This document shows, piece by piece, positions 60,119 through 64,000 of a stretch of 64,000 nt of DNA. Position 1 is the first letter of the stretch. The number at the start of each line of letters is the position of its first letter. The stretch spans positions 288,001 through 352,000 of the forward strand of contig CAVRAY010000001.1 of NCBI GenBank assembly GCA_963719225.1. Reading direction: 5' to 3'. Below the pieces are notes generated by a model. It was not told the DNA's origin and ran no database searches. It saw only the letters and a program-made list of their open reading frames with translations. The stretch is from Thermoanaerobaculia bacterium. GTDB lineage: Bacteria > Acidobacteriota > Thermoanaerobaculia > UBA5066. The position numbers and the translations under genes are program-made.

Positions 60119-60282
60119 GGAATGCCTCCTCGGGCGAAGCTCGAACCGGTGATCTCAGGATGGGCGTGCGATGGGTCGAGCCAGGACAGTATAGGCCCGA
60201 GGGCCGGTCTTAGGATCGACAAGGCGCCTCGGGGGATGTCAGACTCCCCGGCGGTTTTTCGAAAGACCAGGAGGACAGACGG

Positions 60283-62272
<1,990 letters not shown>

Positions 62273-62283
<11 letters not shown>

Positions 62284-62554
62284 GGCGGCGTTTTCCATCG
62301 CCGCTGCCGTCGCTGGGGCAGGATTCTTTTATCTTTATTTCGTGGACCCGGCTACGTCACCCTTTGCGCCGCCGTGCCTCTTCACGGCGGCGTTCGGGGT
62401 CCGGTGCCCCGGCTGCGGCAGCCTGCGCGCCCTGCACGCGCTCGCGCACGGGGGCCTAAGAGCGGCTCTCGAATTCAACGCGCCTCTCGTATGTGTCCTG
62501 CCCCTCGCGGGTGCTCTCTTTCTCTTTCCCTTTCTAAGAGAATCTTCTTCTTAA
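62273..62554 (+). CDS. DUF2752 membrane protein
   Basis: C.F...G..CPGCG..RA...L.HG....A..FN. Confidence 0.85.
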
Positions 62555-62720
62555 GGCATGGACATACGGCCCGCCCTTTTCGTTCAAGTGTCCCTTTTCG
62601 GCGGCACGAAAACGTGCAGGACGGCTGGCATCAGCGGTTTTCGGCCGTTTTCCCGGGCCTCGCGTTTGCACTGGAGATCGTGTCCCCGAAAAGAAACCGG
62701 GGCAGAAAGAGAGGCCGAAC

Positions 62721-63161
62721 ATGAAGAACCTGATGCGCACCCTGACGCTGTCCGCCGCGGCCCTCGCGGCCCTGGTGGCGGCTCCGAAGTCCGACGCCCA
62801 GCAGGTCCGGCGCGGCGAAACGCACGAGACCTTCCGTGGAAGCCCGGGACGCGGAAACCACGGAAACCCTAGCTACGGAAACCCGAGTCGCGGAAACCGG
62901 AACTACGGAAACCGGAGCTATGGAAACCGGAGCAATGGCGGATACAACCGGGGATTCGTCCGCCCGCCGGCTTTCTACGGTCGCCGTTACGTCTCTCCGT
63001 TCCGGGTCTACGCCGGAAGCCGCTTCTATTCGTACTGCCCGGGGCCCGGCTTCATTTACATCGACGAGCTCGGCTGGGTCTTCCCGCCGTTCCCCGGCGC
63101 GAGATGGTTCCCGGGTTACGTCGACCGGTACGGCGTCCAGATCGACGGCTGCTGGCGCTGA
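62721..63161 (+). CDS. Hypothetical secreted Gly/Asn/Arg/Tyr-rich protein
   Basis: GAGG RBS; signal peptide; GNxxY pentapeptide repeats; C-terminal CPGPG..W.PG..W. Confidence 0.75.
   Translation: MKNLMRTLTLSAAALAALVAAPKSDAQQVRRGETHETFRGSPGRGNHGNPSYGNPSRGNRNYGNRSYGNRSNGGYNRGFVRPPAFYGRRYVSPFRVYAGSRFYSYCPGPGFIYIDELGWVFPPFPGARWFPGYVDRYGVQIDGCWR
62862..62936 (+). repeat. Five 15-bp in-frame tandem repeats (GGAAACC-N8)
   Basis: GGAAACCCTAGCTAC / GGAAACCCGAGTCGC / GGAAACCGGAACTAC / GGAAACCGGAGCTAT / GGAAACCGGAGCAAT. Confidence 0.85.
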
Positions 63162-63177
63162 ACGCGCGCCGCGCGCG

Positions 63178-63870
63178 CTACTTTCGGAAAAGCGGCAGCA
63201 ACGTGGGTTCGAGGCGACGGTACAGCGCGGCCGTCGCCTCGACGTCTTTCCGGCAGTAGTCGGCGATCTCCCGCACGCGCCCCTGCCGGTAGAGCTCCCC
63301 CACGGCATAGCCGTGAATCTCCTCGCTCTTCGGAGACGGGATCCCGAACGCGACGCAGGACGCGTGGAGAGAAGGCTGCTGATCTCTCGCAACCGCGCCT
63401 TGAAAGCTGAGCACTTCCATGAGGTCGACGTGCGTTTCGACAGAGTAGCGATAGCCCGAGAGATTCTTAGAAGGTGAAAGAGAGTGGACGGCGCTTCGCA
63501 CGGAGAGGAAGGGCCCGTCGAAGGAACGGCCGTTGAAGGAGACGAAGCGCTTGAACTTCTCGACGTTTTCCCAGAACTCCCGCAGCATCGTCGGCTCATC
63601 GCAGGCGATGTATTCGAAGAGCTCGTCCTCGGAGAGTCCCGTCGCGCGCCCACCTAGCGCCTCGTACCAGACGATTCCGCGCCCGGTCTCCGGATTCAAC
63701 ATCCCGATCACGATCACCTTGCCCGTGTAAGGAGAGAGCGCCCCGCCCTCTTTCCTTCTAAGAAAATCTTCATGGTCTTCCGAATAGCGCGTGAGCTTCT
63801 CGCGCTGCAGCGCGTCCAGCTCGAGCCACGGAAACGACACCGTTTCGATGTCGAAGACGACCGTCTTCAC
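63178..63870 (-). CDS. Stand-alone PolB-like 3'-5' exonuclease (RNase H-like)
   Basis: VFDIET, FNGRSFD.PFL, HVDLM, YC..DV. Confidence 0.88.
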   Translation of the reverse strand: MKTVVFDIETVSFPWLELDALQREKLTRYSEDHEDFLRRKEGGALSPYTGKVIVIGMLNPETGRGIVWYEALGGRATGLSEDELFEYIACDEPTMLREFWENVEKFKRFVSFNGRSFDGPFLSVRSAVHSLSPSKNLSGYRYSVETHVDLMEVLSFQGAVARDQQPSLHASCVAFGIPSPKSEEIHGYAVGELYRQGRVREIADYCRKDVEATAALYRRLEPTLLPLFRK

Positions 63871-63881
63871 GAGACGGGAGC

Positions 63882-64000
63882 TTACTTCGGTCCGCGCGCC
63901 GGCGGCGTCGGCGCCGCAGGCGGCGGGACGCCGAGGCGCTCGGCGAGCCATGCGAGCGCGGCCCTCTTGGCCTCGGGGTGCTCGCGGAGTACGGCGAGGT
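63882..64000 (-). CDS. 3' end of an upstream gene (partial, unidentified)
   Basis: Open frame LAVLREHPEAKRAALAWLAERLG...GPK* ending at TAA 63882-63884. Confidence 0.5.
   Translation of the reverse strand, partial: LAVLREHPEAKRAALAWLAERLGVPPPAAPTPPARGPK

Noticed and set aside
62838-62936. Short repeats as a possible CRISPR array
   Set aside because: 15-bp in-frame coding repeats without unique spacers; no cas genes in the window.

Overview
High-GC (roughly 68-70% by eye) bacterial chromosomal segment. The large secreted BNR/PKD and Ig-repeat proteins with characteristic C-terminal modules suggest Acidobacteriota (Thermoanaerobaculia-like); this assignment is inference. Most of the window is housekeeping or metabolic: RluA, BI-1, a TonB receptor, an Hsp70-like protein, tag, MscS, PP2C, nifJ plus a DHOD-like gene, an M16 protease, ychF, malic enzyme, an ABC-2 exporter, tadA, two GH57 genes, dnaX-recR-mglB-mglA, a glycosylasparaginase and an OPT transporter. 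It also carries four tRNAs (Glu-CTC, Arg-ACG, Ser-GGA, Ser-CGA) and the SRP RNA. Most long ORFs in the six-frame track are GC-rich shadow ORFs. The main unusual signals are: (1) a lower-GC integron-like array at about 2.8-4.0 kb with an attI-like site, one intact 60-bp attC, one decayed attC and two cassette ORFs of unknown function, but no integrase; (2) the conserved dnaX C-terminus lying in the -1 frame after a C7 run, which is either recoding or a sequencing error; (3) repeated leaderless-type -10/ATG architecture, including a 26-bp back-to-back divergent promoter; (4) a Tes/GDGT-synthase-like radical SAM enzyme; (5) a secreted gluzincin with an unrecognised duplicated domain and a partner gene; (6) a frame-scrambled Kelch-like gene and orphan antitoxin remnants.
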